Shown here piece by piece: positions 29,403 through 39,851 of a stretch of DNA of 64,000 nt. Numbering within the stretch: position 1 is the stretch's first letter; the number at the start of each line of letters is the position of its first letter. The notes beneath the pieces are model-generated. The model searched no databases. It saw only the letters and a list, made by a program, of their open reading frames with translations, and was not told where the DNA came from. Source of the DNA: Nitrososphaeraceae archaeon (GTDB taxonomy: Archaea > Thermoproteota > Nitrososphaeria > Nitrososphaerales > Nitrososphaeraceae); contig JBIOZG010000035.1 in the NCBI GenBank assembly GCA_044870765.1, positions 19,382-83,381 on the forward strand. Direction: 5' to 3'. The position numbers and the translations under genes were made by a program.

Positions 29403-29915
29403 TTATCGTATGTAAGTCTGATTCGAGTTATCAAAGTTCTTAATTAGTTCAAATTTGTTTTCAAATTTATCGAATCTTACTAGTCCTATTTGAGGAAAAA
29501 TTTTCAGTGGATCTTCAGCCATGACAGTTACTGCCTGGATCTCACCAAAGAATTTTTGGCATAGTTCTAGGCTCATATTTCTAACTGTGTTTTCATCTAA
29601 AATTCCAAAACTATGAAGATACTCGTGCAAAAGTACGGTAAATAAATAAGAGTTGTATTCATAATTGGAAGTTGAATGTTTTCTTACCAGGTCTAACAGG
29701 ATACTATTGATGGCAATGACGTTTGAGCCCAAAACGTGATAAGCTCCTACTCTGGTAGGCATTCCATGAAGCATCAGGCTCAAACCAGCTCGCTTCATCT
29801 CGTATACTGAATTCACAGAAGACTTTACAAACTCAAACACGTCGTTAAAGTCTTTCAAATCTAATAGCTTGTTATTATTGTCGATTTTGTCTTCGGCCGT
29901 TATGATTTTTGTCAC
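29403..29915 (-). CDS. Minimal zincin-like (HEXXH) protein
   Basis: LLHEYLHSFG..DE. Confidence 0.8.
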   Translation of the reverse strand: MTKIITAEDKIDNNNKLLDLKDFNDVFEFVKSSVNSVYEMKRAGLSLMLHGMPTRVGAYHVLGSNVIAINSILLDLVRKHSTSNYEYNSYLFTVLLHEYLHSFGILDENTVRNMSLELCQKFFGEIQAVTVMAEDPLKIFPQIGLVRFDKFENKFELIKNFDNSNQTYIR

Positions 29916-30061
29916 TTAATCTGATTCTTATATTCTCGTTTTACACCTATAAATCATAGCCTCTTCTTTCAGTCAATTACATGTTAATCGTATGATTGAG
30001 ACAAGAACAATGCATTAGATTAATTAATTAAGTAAACGTGCAATATTCTAATACATAATTT

Positions 30062-30946
30062 ATGGATACACGATGGAAGGCAGACTTTGGTCTGAATGCT
30101 AGGATGGTCTTGAGTTTCGTTATCTTGGGTATACTCTATATCATATTCTTGAGTATACTTCACTATCTTGGAGTAGGATACATCCCACTAACGATAATAG
30201 CATCTATAATGATTTTAGCGCAGTGGTATTTCTCGGACAAAATAGTTCTATGGAGTTCTGGTGCCACCATCGTATCAAAAGAACAGTATCCTAGACTGCA
30301 TGAAATTGTGGAAAGACTTTCAGCTGACAACGGAATCCCGAAACCCAAAGTTGCAATAGTTGATTCCACGGTCCCTAATGCTTTTGCCACAGGTAAAAGT
30401 CCTAAAAGCTCTCTGGTTGCAGTAACTTCAGGGATTTTAGATCTCTTGGATGATGATGAGCTTGAGGCAGTAATAGGACACGAATTGAGTCATGTTAGAA
30501 GTAGGGACGTTTTAGTTCTAACATTGGCCAGTGTATTTTCTATGGTAGCCTGGTATCTTGTGCAATTTGGATTTTTTGGTGGATTGCAAGGAAGAGGTCG
30601 AAACTCTTCGGGAGGTACGGCAATTGTGATTTTAGTTGCATTGATAACGTGGGTTGTAAGCTTCTTGATTATCAGAGCTATTTCAAGATACAGGGAATAT
30701 TCAGCAGATAGAAGTGGAGCAATCATGACTGGAAAACCGGATAAATTGGCTAGTGCTCTTCTTAAAATAAGTGGCAAAATGGGAAATATTCCAACAAAGG
30801 AATTAGAAAACGTTCAAAAATTGAATGCATTCTTTATAATCCCTGCTCTTTCTGGAAGTTCTATTGCCAACCTATTCTCTACTCACCCTCCTGTAGAAAA
30901 GCGAGTTCAAAAACTAAGGGAAATGAAAAGTGGCGGAAATAAATAG
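30062..30946 (+). CDS. htpX: Zinc metalloprotease HtpX
   Basis: PNAFATG, GHELSH, SRYREYSAD, FSTHPP. Confidence 0.95.
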   Translation: MDTRWKADFGLNARMVLSFVILGILYIIFLSILHYLGVGYIPLTIIASIMILAQWYFSDKIVLWSSGATIVSKEQYPRLHEIVERLSADNGIPKPKVAIVDSTVPNAFATGKSPKSSLVAVTSGILDLLDDDELEAVIGHELSHVRSRDVLVLTLASVFSMVAWYLVQFGFFGGLQGRGRNSSGGTAIVILVALITWVVSFLIIRAISRYREYSADRSGAIMTGKPDKLASALLKISGKMGNIPTKELENVQKLNAFFIIPALSGSSIANLFSTHPPVEKRVQKLREMKSGGNK

Positions 30947-31068
30947 TAAAAAGAATTGAATTAGTCCATGAGTGTTACTCTAAATGCAATCTAAGGCCTT
31001 TAGTTTTTGATTTTCTGATCACGTGCACTATGTGGACAGATTAATTCAGGCCGTACTTGTACCTGACA

Positions 31069-31506
31069 CTAGGTGGGTCCAACGGGAACTGTAGGTTGTT
31101 GGTTCATCACATGAACTGTAACTATATCATCGTCTTCTCTATCAACCTCATCTTTAACTTTTAATTTGAACTCATATGTAACTTCCCCGGCTGCCACCTC
31201 TGGAGCCTTGAACGAAGCTTCAGGTTTATCGTCATTATCTATTGCAATGGGTTGATTATTTTGTACTTTGGCGCCATTTACCCTGACTAATTCCCAATCA
31301 TAGTCAACGAATTTTTTAAATCCGCCTTTGCTATCAGAACCATCAAGCTTCACCTCTTGATTTTCAAAGACCTTGAAGTCATTACCTGCGTCGGCTCTAA
31401 TTCTCGGATATTTCCCAGCTTCTGCTGTACTCCATGTTAAAAGTTGCATCGCAGTAAACGCGACGGCAAAAACCAGCATAACATATACGTATTTGTTCAT
31501 CCTCAT
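31069..31506 (-). CDS. Secreted PKD-like domain protein
   Basis: Signal peptide; ADAG.D, LDGSDS, YDW, FKLKVKD. Confidence 0.85.
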   Translation of the reverse strand: MRMNKYVYVMLVFAVAFTAMQLLTWSTAEAGKYPRIRADAGNDFKVFENQEVKLDGSDSKGGFKKFVDYDWELVRVNGAKVQNNQPIAIDNDDKPEASFKAPEVAAGEVTYEFKLKVKDEVDREDDDIVTVHVMNQQPTVPVGPT

Positions 31507-31763
31507 AAAGTGCTCTATCTCTTGTAAATAATCTTTTCGATTAGATATTTGGTCAATTTTGTAAACTTTTTTAGACTACTTGATCCAGCGCCACAAGAGA
31601 ATTAGTATCAAAAATAGAAAATCGTTCTCGATACTTAAATGAAGAACATGTGATCACTAGTACTGCGAATTTCTAAGAGTACTCTTTGATTAGTATCGAA
31701 ATTCTATCCAAAATAGAATTTAATATAAGAATATTTTAACAAATGCGCAATCTGAATAGTACA

Positions 31764-32015
31764 TTACTGAAAATCATGTAATGGCTTGTCCTTGTGTAGT
31801 TCTATTTTCCTCCTTATCTCTGCTTTGTGTTTATTCAGGATGTGTTCATTGGCACAATTGTCATGCATAATACCAATTTCGCAGAATTCACACGATGTAA
31901 CAAAGTCTTGATTCCTTAACTTTTTGTTACAGAATTTGCAAACTTTTGTTTCAATATCGTAGATCGAGAGAGGTTTCAACCAAGCCTCTCGCCAAAGTAC
32001 ACTGATGCTCACCAT
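31764..32015 (-). CDS. Small Cys/His-rich zinc-binding protein
   Basis: CKFC...CEFC....HDNC...H. Confidence 0.75.
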   Translation of the reverse strand: MVSISVLWREAWLKPLSIYDIETKVCKFCNKKLRNQDFVTSCEFCEIGIMHDNCANEHILNKHKAEIRRKIELHKDKPLHDFQ

Positions 32016-32157
32016 TAACAGAGATCTTTGATATATTATATTTATTCTAAAGTGATATTAGAATGTAAAACTCTTGCCTTCATATTATTTAGATTTCCTT
32101 TTCTCAGTAATGATATTTAGATTTCAAAAAGAAATAAAGGAACGGTTTTATGTTGGA

Positions 32158-32415
32158 TTACCTTAATTTCTTATATTGATATTTTATTAACCAATTAATC
32201 ATTTTATGTTGTATGAATACCAGAGTCATCAATAAAGCTTCAGCTGGGAATGGCTCTCCCTTGGCATTTATTGCATTACTATATCTATGACAGTCATTTA
32301 ACATTTGTAAAAATAATCTTCTGTCCTCTGAATATAACATGTCAGCAAAACCCTTCCATGATTCGATTTCTCGTATTAGAATATCATCTTCTGGAAATAA
32401 GATCATATATATCAC
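32158..32415 (-). CDS. Small helical protein, PolB2-associated family (arCOG07300-like)
   Basis: W..F...L..EDR..F..M pattern shared with 32415..32678. Confidence 0.75.
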   Translation of the reverse strand: MIYMILFPEDDILIREIESWKGFADMLYSEDRRLFLQMLNDCHRYSNAINAKGEPFPAEALLMTLVFIQHKMINWLIKYQYKKLR

Positions 32416-32678
32416 TAAGTTAGATCCATTGCAAATTTTATATTGGATTTAGATAATTGAAACAGTTTTTTATAATTAGGAAATACAATGGACATTAAAA
32501 TAGCTTGTATTCTGACAGGTCTAACACATTGATAGGATGCAGTATTATATAGTCGTGTAAGTAAAAACATTTCATCAAATATCTTCTTGTCTGTTTTATC
32601 AAGGAGATTTCGGAATGGTTTCCATTTTCGCTCTTCAATTGTACTTGAGATTCTGAATGATGGAGTTGTTCTGCCCAT
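32415..32678 (-). CDS. PolB2-associated small protein (arCOG07300-like)
   Basis: MGRTTPSFR start, WKPFRNLLDKTDKKIFDEMF. Confidence 0.8.
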   Translation of the reverse strand: MGRTTPSFRISSTIEERKWKPFRNLLDKTDKKIFDEMFLLTRLYNTASYQCVRPVRIQAILMSIVFPNYKKLFQLSKSNIKFAMDLT

Positions 32679-32686
32679 TTTATCAT

Positions 32687-33475
32687 CTACTTATTTGAAA
32701 CTATTAGTAAGTCGCTCTTGGATATTAAATATTTCCTATTCATGGTAACATAATTAGTAACATATTTGCAGGATTTTTCATTTATTTTCACGTTAAATCG
32801 CTCACTGAATTTGTTTTGAATAATTTCTATATTTTTATTAAACAAAGGAAGTAGCGTATTGCAATATAAATCTGAAATAGAAAGAAGTTTATTTAATAGT
32901 ATTGAAATTATAAATAAGATATTATTTTTACGAGATAATATCAATATGGCATCCATAATTTCTTTTATTAATGATTTAGCTTCTTTGATATCGATTTCAT
33001 CTTGAATAAACATATCAAACAAATCTGGAATTAATATTAATTTAGCATTGAATTTATGAATCATATTGGGTAGCTTATAGACTATTAAATGTACAAGTTG
33101 ATATAATGTAAAAACCCTTGTTACCACTACTCTTTGTAAGACTTGTTTGGTATTCAATCCATACTGTCGTCCAAATTCTACATACTGATATACATCTGTG
33201 CTGTTCCCTGCATCTATAACTAATACATTTGAATGAGATGTACAATTGGATATAAAACCACAAGACCTTCTAGGAAGTAAGCAGCATACGCCAATTCTTG
33301 TTAAAAGTATATTTGTAAGTTCTGAAATTCCTACCACACACACAATATCGTGAATTTCAAGTTCTATTGCAGACGTTAATCCTCTAATTTCAAGTTTAAC
33401 ATTATCAAGATATTCATAAGCATTTTGGAATTTTGGTTCATAATCATTTTGATTAAATGTAGTAAGATGAGACAT
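32687..33475 (-). CDS. Inactivated RecA/RadA-fold protein (PolB2-associated)
   Basis: VLVIDAGN..D.Y, VVVTRVFTLYQL; Walker A absent (VVGISELT). Confidence 0.8.
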   Translation of the reverse strand: MSHLTTFNQNDYEPKFQNAYEYLDNVKLEIRGLTSAIELEIHDIVCVVGISELTNILLTRIGVCCLLPRRSCGFISNCTSHSNVLVIDAGNSTDVYQYVEFGRQYGLNTKQVLQRVVVTRVFTLYQLVHLIVYKLPNMIHKFNAKLILIPDLFDMFIQDEIDIKEAKSLIKEIMDAILILSRKNNILFIISILLNKLLSISDLYCNTLLPLFNKNIEIIQNKFSERFNVKINEKSCKYVTNYVTMNRKYLISKSDLLIVSNK

Positions 33476-33498
33476 GAGTTCTTTTTAGAATGTTGGAA

Positions 33499-33534
33499 TA
33501 TTTAACAAAAGAAGCTCCTGTGAGATGGGGAGGG
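33499..33534 (-). promoter_or_regulatory. Promoter CCCTCCCC-N12-CTTCTT-N3-TTAAATA upstream of RadA-like operon
   Basis: Matches 15039..15074. Confidence 0.55.
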
Positions 33535-33744
33535 GGATTTGAAAGAAGTGATAATCTAATGGTTCAAAAATACTGGCTATAAGACACATTATATTAGGTA
33601 TACCGGCGTGCAAGATATTCGGCAGTTAATTTCTTAGCAGTTTTCACGAGTTGTATTTACAGAGTATAATATTTGGGTTAGGAATCAGGCGATAAATGGA
33701 AGTCTGATGTACAGATAAATATCTAAAAATATACCATCATTATC

Positions 33745-34938
33745 ATGAAAATTCCTCCATACCAAGTTTTTATAATTACATTACTCATAATAGGATCATC
33801 CACAGTTGCTGAGGGAAGTGATATAGATAATAAAGAAAAGAAAAAAATCTCCGAAAGTCTAAATTATAGTGAAATAAAGAATCTAACTCAGAACGAAGAT
33901 GACTCTGTATATCCCCAGATAAGTTCATCATCAAATAGTGTATATGTGATCTGGCAAGAGTCTGTAGGGAATTACGCAAGCAAAAATTATGATATATTCT
34001 TTATGAAGAGTAACGATGGAGGAGACACTTTTGGAGACCCGGTAAACCTTAGTAATAACCCTGGGTTTTCGGAACATCCACAAATCGCATCTGTTGGAGA
34101 TAATATCTATATTGCATGGGTGGACGACTCCTCTGGCGAAAGAAAAGTAATGTTTTCCAAGAGTCCCGACAGTGGCAAGACATTCTCTGAAAATATTATG
34201 GTAGCTCAGAACACAATAGGTCCACATCATGCCGAGCTTGCCGCAAAAGGGAAAAATGTATACATAGTATGGAATGGATTTAACACAGAAATTAACAATA
34301 AGGTATTGTTTAGTAAAAGTGACGATGAGGGTGAAACTTTCGGAGAACTAAGAGAGATTGGCAAAGCTGATGCAGAAACCTATCCCAAGATAGCCGCAAA
34401 TGCAGATGGTTATTACATAACATGGGATAAAAAGATGGATAAAGATACAGAAATCTTGTTTATTAAAGGTCAAGAATACAACAGCGCATATAATGATACT
34501 AATCCTAGAAAACTAAATACCCAAGGAATAGATGGGGGCGAATCTCAAGTGGCTGCATTTACCGATCGTGCACTAGTTTCATGGACTAGCAATTTGCCAG
34601 TAGATAAAAAATATGTTTACACTAAAAGCAGCGAAAACAATGGTAACGATTTTGGGAGTACAATTCTCATATCTTCTATTAACTCGTCAAATGTGGAAAA
34701 TATGATTGTTAATGACACGATATACGTCGCGTGGCAAGATGATATAAATGGTAATCAAGATATCTACCTGACCACGAGTAAAATCAATGAAACTAGTAAG
34801 GATATGCCAGTAAATGTTAGCGACAACACTGGAGTCTCAGAATGTCCTTCTATTACAGTATCGCGAAATGGAATTCACATGGTATGGGAAGATAATACAA
34901 CAGGAAATCATGAAGTTTTGTATAAACGCTTAACTTAA
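33745..34938 (+). CDS. Secreted BNR/Asp-box (sialidase-like) repeat protein
   Basis: Repeated KS.DGG.TF and VYV.WQ units; signal peptide. Confidence 0.88.
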   Translation: MKIPPYQVFIITLLIIGSSTVAEGSDIDNKEKKKISESLNYSEIKNLTQNEDDSVYPQISSSSNSVYVIWQESVGNYASKNYDIFFMKSNDGGDTFGDPVNLSNNPGFSEHPQIASVGDNIYIAWVDDSSGERKVMFSKSPDSGKTFSENIMVAQNTIGPHHAELAAKGKNVYIVWNGFNTEINNKVLFSKSDDEGETFGELREIGKADAETYPKIAANADGYYITWDKKMDKDTEILFIKGQEYNSAYNDTNPRKLNTQGIDGGESQVAAFTDRALVSWTSNLPVDKKYVYTKSSENNGNDFGSTILISSINSSNVENMIVNDTIYVAWQDDINGNQDIYLTTSKINETSKDMPVNVSDNTGVSECPSITVSRNGIHMVWEDNTTGNHEVLYKRLT

Positions 34939-34982
34939 CCCATTGATGTTATGTCTGTTTATTAGTAAACCCAAAAACCCAA

Positions 34983-35534
34983 TTATCTGTCCCGACCGGC
35001 TCCAAATAAACTCAAAATACTAGTTACCATCATGCCAACAGTATACGAAGATTGATATTCTTGCAAATACGGAATAAAATGCGCAGTAAGTAGGGTTCCT
35101 AATGCAACTATCGAACCGTATTCAGTTACCTTTTTTAGGATAGTATGTTCCTTGTTAAAAGGAGCGAGAAGCATACCCAATATCCATATACCAAATAACC
35201 AAAACATCACTTTCGATGCAATAAATGAAGTTGCAGAGAAGGAAGCACCGAAATACATTGCAGTAACTATAAAATCGCCCATCATTAAATTCGGAAATAT
35301 TGAATCAAATGATCTAAGCTTTGTGATATAGTATCCAAAAATAGCACCAGCGATAGCAACAGCTGCTATACTCCCCCCAACAAAAGGAACATTGTCAATA
35401 CAATGGAAAAAAAGGACGTATGGGCTAATACTACCACAAAAAACGTAACTAGAAACTATTGACATCATAAACGATTTTACAATTACACTAGCCAAAAAAA
35501 GTAGAACTTTATGAGATCGTTCCAATTTATTCAA
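34983..35534 (-). CDS. Multi-pass membrane protein, unknown function
   Basis: 183-aa hydrophobic ORF. Confidence 0.7.
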   Translation of the reverse strand: MNKLERSHKVLLFLASVIVKSFMMSIVSSYVFCGSISPYVLFFHCIDNVPFVGGSIAAVAIAGAIFGYYITKLRSFDSIFPNLMMGDFIVTAMYFGASFSATSFIASKVMFWLFGIWILGMLLAPFNKEHTILKKVTEYGSIVALGTLLTAHFIPYLQEYQSSYTVGMMVTSILSLFGAGRDR

Positions 35535-35750
35535 AAAATAGTGTTCCTAGGAAATATTCCATACCAAACTTAATACTTGCATAAATAAAACCTTATTTGA
35601 TTAGTGAGATTCTAATTTTATAATTCCAAATTAACATACGGGTGGAAAGTGAATTTTTTGAAATCGATGTAGGAGTGAAGAAACACTAAGAACAGTGCTT
35701 CTGTTTGAAATATTATGTTAACAGCTTTAATAATAAAAAAATAATATTTA

Positions 35751-36152
35751 CTAATTGAGAGACAGTCTATTTAATAAGGGCTCACGCAGAGGTTCAGGTA
35801 CTATATCATCGAAAGTTTGATTGGTCAATTTTTGTCTAATTTGAGCAAGTTCCTCTCCAGTGATACTTTGCAAGACTTTAGTCAACGTGAAATTGTCCAA
35901 GAGTTTGAGGCTTTGCTCAATTACTGTTGATTCCTGATTGACCAACCCATAAGTAGCAATGTTAGTTGGCGAAAGAGAGGATAGGTCATTAGCAATACTG
36001 CACGCAGTAGATGAATAATTCCCGCTATCGCACTTTACAACAAGATCGTTGGGCGGTTGTGGATTTGGTACTGTTGCATATTTAGCAGCGTCTACTTCCC
36101 AAATTGGGAGAATTAACAAAAGAACCAAGACGAGAAAAATTCTCAACATCAC
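35751..36152 (-). CDS. Secreted hypothetical protein
   Basis: Signal peptide ending VDA; helical C-terminus. Confidence 0.7.
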   Translation of the reverse strand: MMLRIFLVLVLLLILPIWEVDAAKYATVPNPQPPNDLVVKCDSGNYSSTACSIANDLSSLSPTNIATYGLVNQESTVIEQSLKLLDNFTLTKVLQSITGEELAQIRQKLTNQTFDDIVPEPLREPLLNRLSLN

Positions 36153-36285
36153 ATATTTTAACGGACAAGATATATACTTTATTGATCAAAACAAAGCACT
36201 CAAAACATTAGAACAATTGGAGTAGATGGACGCTAGGCAAAGATACTGGGATTAAATTTAGTCATGGTCATGTAAGCTTCGCTAT

Positions 36286-36582
36286 TTATGAATCTAAATA
36301 TGAAATCAACTGTGCTCTAGCGTATCCCTTTCCTATCTTGGTAATCTTAATTTTTACTCTATCATCCGGTTTTGTCCCTCCGACGAAAGTGACCAGACCT
36401 CTTATTCGTGTAACGCCAGAATCGCCATTCCTGCTCATATCCTGGATAATTACGTCATACTCCTCTCCAATCTTTACTGGATGTTGAAAAGATGATTCAC
36501 GGAATGATCCTTGTTTAGGTAAATAAGTATTCCGCTCTTTGTTCTTATTTACATCACGCAGGGAATCGTCTAAAGTATCCAA
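36286..36582 (-). CDS. Single TRAM domain RNA-binding protein
   Basis: PVKIGEEYDV.I.D..R.GDSGV.RI.GLV.FV. Confidence 0.9.
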   Translation of the reverse strand: MDTLDDSLRDVNKNKERNTYLPKQGSFRESSFQHPVKIGEEYDVIIQDMSRNGDSGVTRIRGLVTFVGGTKPDDRVKIKITKIGKGYARAQLISYLDS

Positions 36583-36718
36583 TCTTGTCTTAATTTGGAC
36601 CTACACATATTTCAATATTAATTCTTGTATTTTTAGTACAATTGTCACCTCGATTAATTTGTCACAAATTCATCGATATTACAATATAATATATGCTCTG
36701 TATTGGTTGGATACCTTC

Positions 36719-36856
36719 TCAAAGCTCATCCATTGTAAATTTGTTATAACACATATTGCATCTAAATTTCTCATTTCCAGGATTACTTGAAATTACTTCA
36801 AGTTGACTTTTAGTCCTACATTTTGGACATTTACCGTAAACAGTTTTTCTGGTTAT
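36719..36856 (-). CDS. 45-aa zinc-ribbon micro-protein with ATA at the expected start (non-canonical start or pseudogene)
   Basis: (I)TRKTVYGKCPKC...FRCNMCYNKFTMDEL; TATA-like box about 22 nt upstream; no in-frame ATG/GTG/TTG before the first CxxC. Confidence 0.55.
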   Translation of the reverse strand: MTRKTVYGKCPKCRTKSQLEVISSNPGNEKFRCNMCYNKFTMDEL

Positions 36857-37109
36857 GAAAATGATAGTATTATAATGAATATAAATATTCTACTATGATG
36901 ATTTCAGACGAATTGTCACTGGTTTACCATGATGCATTATGCCTTTACTATCTCTAGATATAATAGATCAAAGAGCCATTAAATCCAGACAAAGAATTAC
37001 GTGCTCACCTTCAATCAATGGCAATAATTAGTAATTTGAGATTAATTGATATCAAAACTTGAGTTTTTTTACGAAAATTATCGCCACAGTTAGAGTTTGA
37101 CAGCGGCAA

Positions 37110-37461
37110 TGGATCTTAGAAGGCAATATTTTTTCAAATTTGTCAGGATCAAACTGCTGTCATAAAACCTCAATTATTGACCCAAGAATCGCCCAAAACA
37201 TTACGATTGTTTAACCACTGAAAACTCAAAAAGTATCAATCAGATTCAACTATATCGATATCTGGTCTGGTTTAGCGGCATGACGAGATAGGTTACTGTC
37301 ATGATAGTTCCATATATTGTGCCGAAAATCATAGCTTTTCTGGAAGCTTTTTGATTTAGTTTTTTGGCGAAGGTAGCAACTGCAAGTGCGCTAACTCCGG
37401 AAATAAAAAGAAACGCGGCAAATAATCCCTGGCGACAATAAATCGTGTCAGAAGTAATAAC
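37110..37461 (-). pseudogene. cbtA: CbtA-family cobalt transporter relic (C-terminal part)
   Basis: DTIYCRQGLFAAFLFISG...YLVMP, frameshift, then PDQISI*LNLIDTF*VFSG*TIVMFWAILG with internal stops. Confidence 0.7.
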
Positions 37462-37494
37462 TCATTTAAGTGTCCAGAATAGATAAAAGATCAA

Positions 37495-37815
37495 ATGGTA
37501 TCAAATAAGAATTCACTATTTGGAGTATTTGCAGTACATAGTCCAGAATCATGCCCGCTAAATAATGAGAAAAGCAAAGGAATTTTTAAAGAAATGAAAC
37601 GTAATCTTGAAAGTAATATTTCAAAATTTAATGTAAAAAAAATCGTTGCCTTTTACATGTCAGTTCTGGAACATGAGTGGGTCATAATTTTAGAAGCAGA
37701 AAACGCACATGATATTGAGGAGCTGAGTATAGCGGTGGGAATTTCTTCATTCAATACCGTAAAGATAGTACCTCTAAGATATTTTGATGATGTTATCAAA
37801 AAGCTTGAAAGTTAG
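37495..37815 (+). CDS. Hypothetical protein (GYD/DUF3303-like)
   Basis: HSPESCP, EH...ILEA, KIVPL. Confidence 0.75.
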   Translation: MVSNKNSLFGVFAVHSPESCPLNNEKSKGIFKEMKRNLESNISKFNVKKIVAFYMSVLEHEWVIILEAENAHDIEELSIAVGISSFNTVKIVPLRYFDDVIKKLES

Positions 37816-37856
37816 TGTTATCTTGCATCCTGTAACAGATCAAACTCTAAATTTTT

Positions 37857-38852
37857 TCATCTAATTGAATAGATTGGCTTTATTAAATCAGCAATATCTG
37901 TCCAACACCTTGCTATTTCGTCCATTGTGTAGACTATGTGTATTATCTTTAATACAGATTGATAATCACCTTCTAGCTTGATATAATCATTCTTTAAGAA
38001 GGCGGATATTGTATTAAACTTATTGAAAAGAGTTACTACATGAGCGGACTTTTCCGTATCCTTGGTTATGAATCCCAATATTGATTTTTCTTGCATTTCC
38101 AGAATCAAGTAATTTGCGTCAATTATTTTTTCATATTTAATTTCATCGAAGAATCCTGATAATTGGGAGGATAATTTAGAAATAAGATCTCCTGCATTTT
38201 CCAAATGATTTGCCGCAATTCTATAATCTAAAATATCGATATTACTCAGATCCAGACTCGAAGCCAATCTGCGATCCATCATTGCCGTTCTAATTAATCG
38301 TACGATTAGAAAATATTGCCTATTCACTTCATCATCTCTTCCCCTCACAAGTAGATCGATATCGGTATCTCTTGTTTTCATAGCGTTAACTATATCCCGG
38401 TGCATGCCACTGACAATAGAGCTCATTTGTTTCAATATTTTTGAGATATTCATAGAATGAGCGTCCAAGAGGAACTGGATGGTCATATTCAGCCCGTCTT
38501 CGTCAACTATTTCAAGACCAATCAAATTTCGCATCGCTTTTTTAACGATTTCTCGATTGTTAAAATCGATTTGAGTTTTGCTGACTATCTTTATGAAGTC
38601 ATAACCTAACAGATATGCTCCATATATCTGATTTATCAATTTGTCATGAGAAAGATCTGATAGGTGTATAGCTATTTCCTTGGTTTGACTATTTTTATCA
38701 CTAGCGGGAAAGATCGTGATAGAATTATCATCGTTATTTTCGATAGATAGTATGTCTCCCTTTTTTAGACCTAGCGTCTTTATCCATTCGGCTGGTAATG
38801 ACATCAAGACACTACTTCCAATTTTCTGTAAGCGTCGTTCGTTCTGAAACAT
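37857..38852 (-). CDS. AbrB-PhoU phosphate uptake regulator
   Basis: RRLQKIGSS...SLP.EW N-terminus; RDDEVNRQYFL, LENAGD PhoU repeats. Confidence 0.9.
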   Translation of the reverse strand: MFQNERRLQKIGSSVLMSLPAEWIKTLGLKKGDILSIENNDDNSITIFPASDKNSQTKEIAIHLSDLSHDKLINQIYGAYLLGYDFIKIVSKTQIDFNNREIVKKAMRNLIGLEIVDEDGLNMTIQFLLDAHSMNISKILKQMSSIVSGMHRDIVNAMKTRDTDIDLLVRGRDDEVNRQYFLIVRLIRTAMMDRRLASSLDLSNIDILDYRIAANHLENAGDLISKLSSQLSGFFDEIKYEKIIDANYLILEMQEKSILGFITKDTEKSAHVVTLFNKFNTISAFLKNDYIKLEGDYQSVLKIIHIVYTMDEIARCWTDIADLIKPIYSIR

Positions 38853-38915
38853 ACTAATTTAAATGCATATAAATTAATTAAACATTATTCTTATATTTTT
38901 CAAAATATTATATTA

Positions 38916-39851
38916 TTGCATAGAATGACCTTAGAGATAAATCCACCCATTTCTATCGCCAAGGCGTATAGCCCAAGCCACATTACCGGATTCTATAGTG
39001 AGGTCAAAGGCGAATCTATTTTGAAACAAGGTTCTCTCGGGACAGGGATCTCCATTAGCAAAGGAGTAAGAACCACAGTCGAGCTCTATGATAGTGAAAC
39101 GAACAATTTCATTATTCAAATCAACGGTGCCGTTTCGAGAGATGCTCTCGTTTCAAGATATATAATAAAGGAATTCCTGAATAAAGTAAACAAAAAGTAC
39201 TTTCTAAAAGTAAATCATGAAGTTGATGTACCAATAGGATATGGAATTGGAACAAGTGGATCTGGAGCACTGAGTTTGTCGTATGCACTCAACGAAGCAC
39301 TTTCATCGGGTCTATCCGATATAGAATCGGCTCAGATAGCTCATAAGGCTGAGATAGAGTGCAAAACAGGTTTGGGTACGGTACTTTCAGAATTTTACGG
39401 AGGACTGTGTCTTCGGACAAAAGCAGGGGCGCCTGGTATTGGAAAAACAAGCGTGATAAAAATAAATAATTACAAAATCGCAATTTTCTGTTTTTCACCC
39501 ATTTTTACCCGATATTTTATCGACAGAATCAGAAAGATATCAAACCATGATTGTAACAAGATGATTATGAAAGTCCTAAAGACAAAAAAGATCTCGGACT
39601 TCCTGGAACTATCATACCAGTTTTCAAAATCTTTGGAGTATGCAAATACAAGTTGTAATAGTCTGATTGATATGTTAGTACGGAACGGTTTTTCTGGAAG
39701 TACGGCTCTGTTTGGGCAAACGGTTTTCACAATAGTGAAAGAAAACGAACTAAGCACAATTGGCAAGATTTCAAAAAATTTCCCTGCAAGATTATTTATT
39801 TCTGATATTGAAAATGAGGGCGCCAAAATTATTAGAAAAAATGACACATAA
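38916..39851 (+). CDS. pok: Pantoate kinase (GHMP family)
   Basis: PSHITGF, PIGYGIGTSG, AHKAEI..KTGLGTV, GAPG; CoA operon context. Confidence 0.92.
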   Translation: MHRMTLEINPPISIAKAYSPSHITGFYSEVKGESILKQGSLGTGISISKGVRTTVELYDSETNNFIIQINGAVSRDALVSRYIIKEFLNKVNKKYFLKVNHEVDVPIGYGIGTSGSGALSLSYALNEALSSGLSDIESAQIAHKAEIECKTGLGTVLSEFYGGLCLRTKAGAPGIGKTSVIKINNYKIAIFCFSPIFTRYFIDRIRKISNHDCNKMIMKVLKTKKISDFLELSYQFSKSLEYANTSCNSLIDMLVRNGFSGSTALFGQTVFTIVKENELSTIGKISKNFPARLFISDIENEGAKIIRKNDT

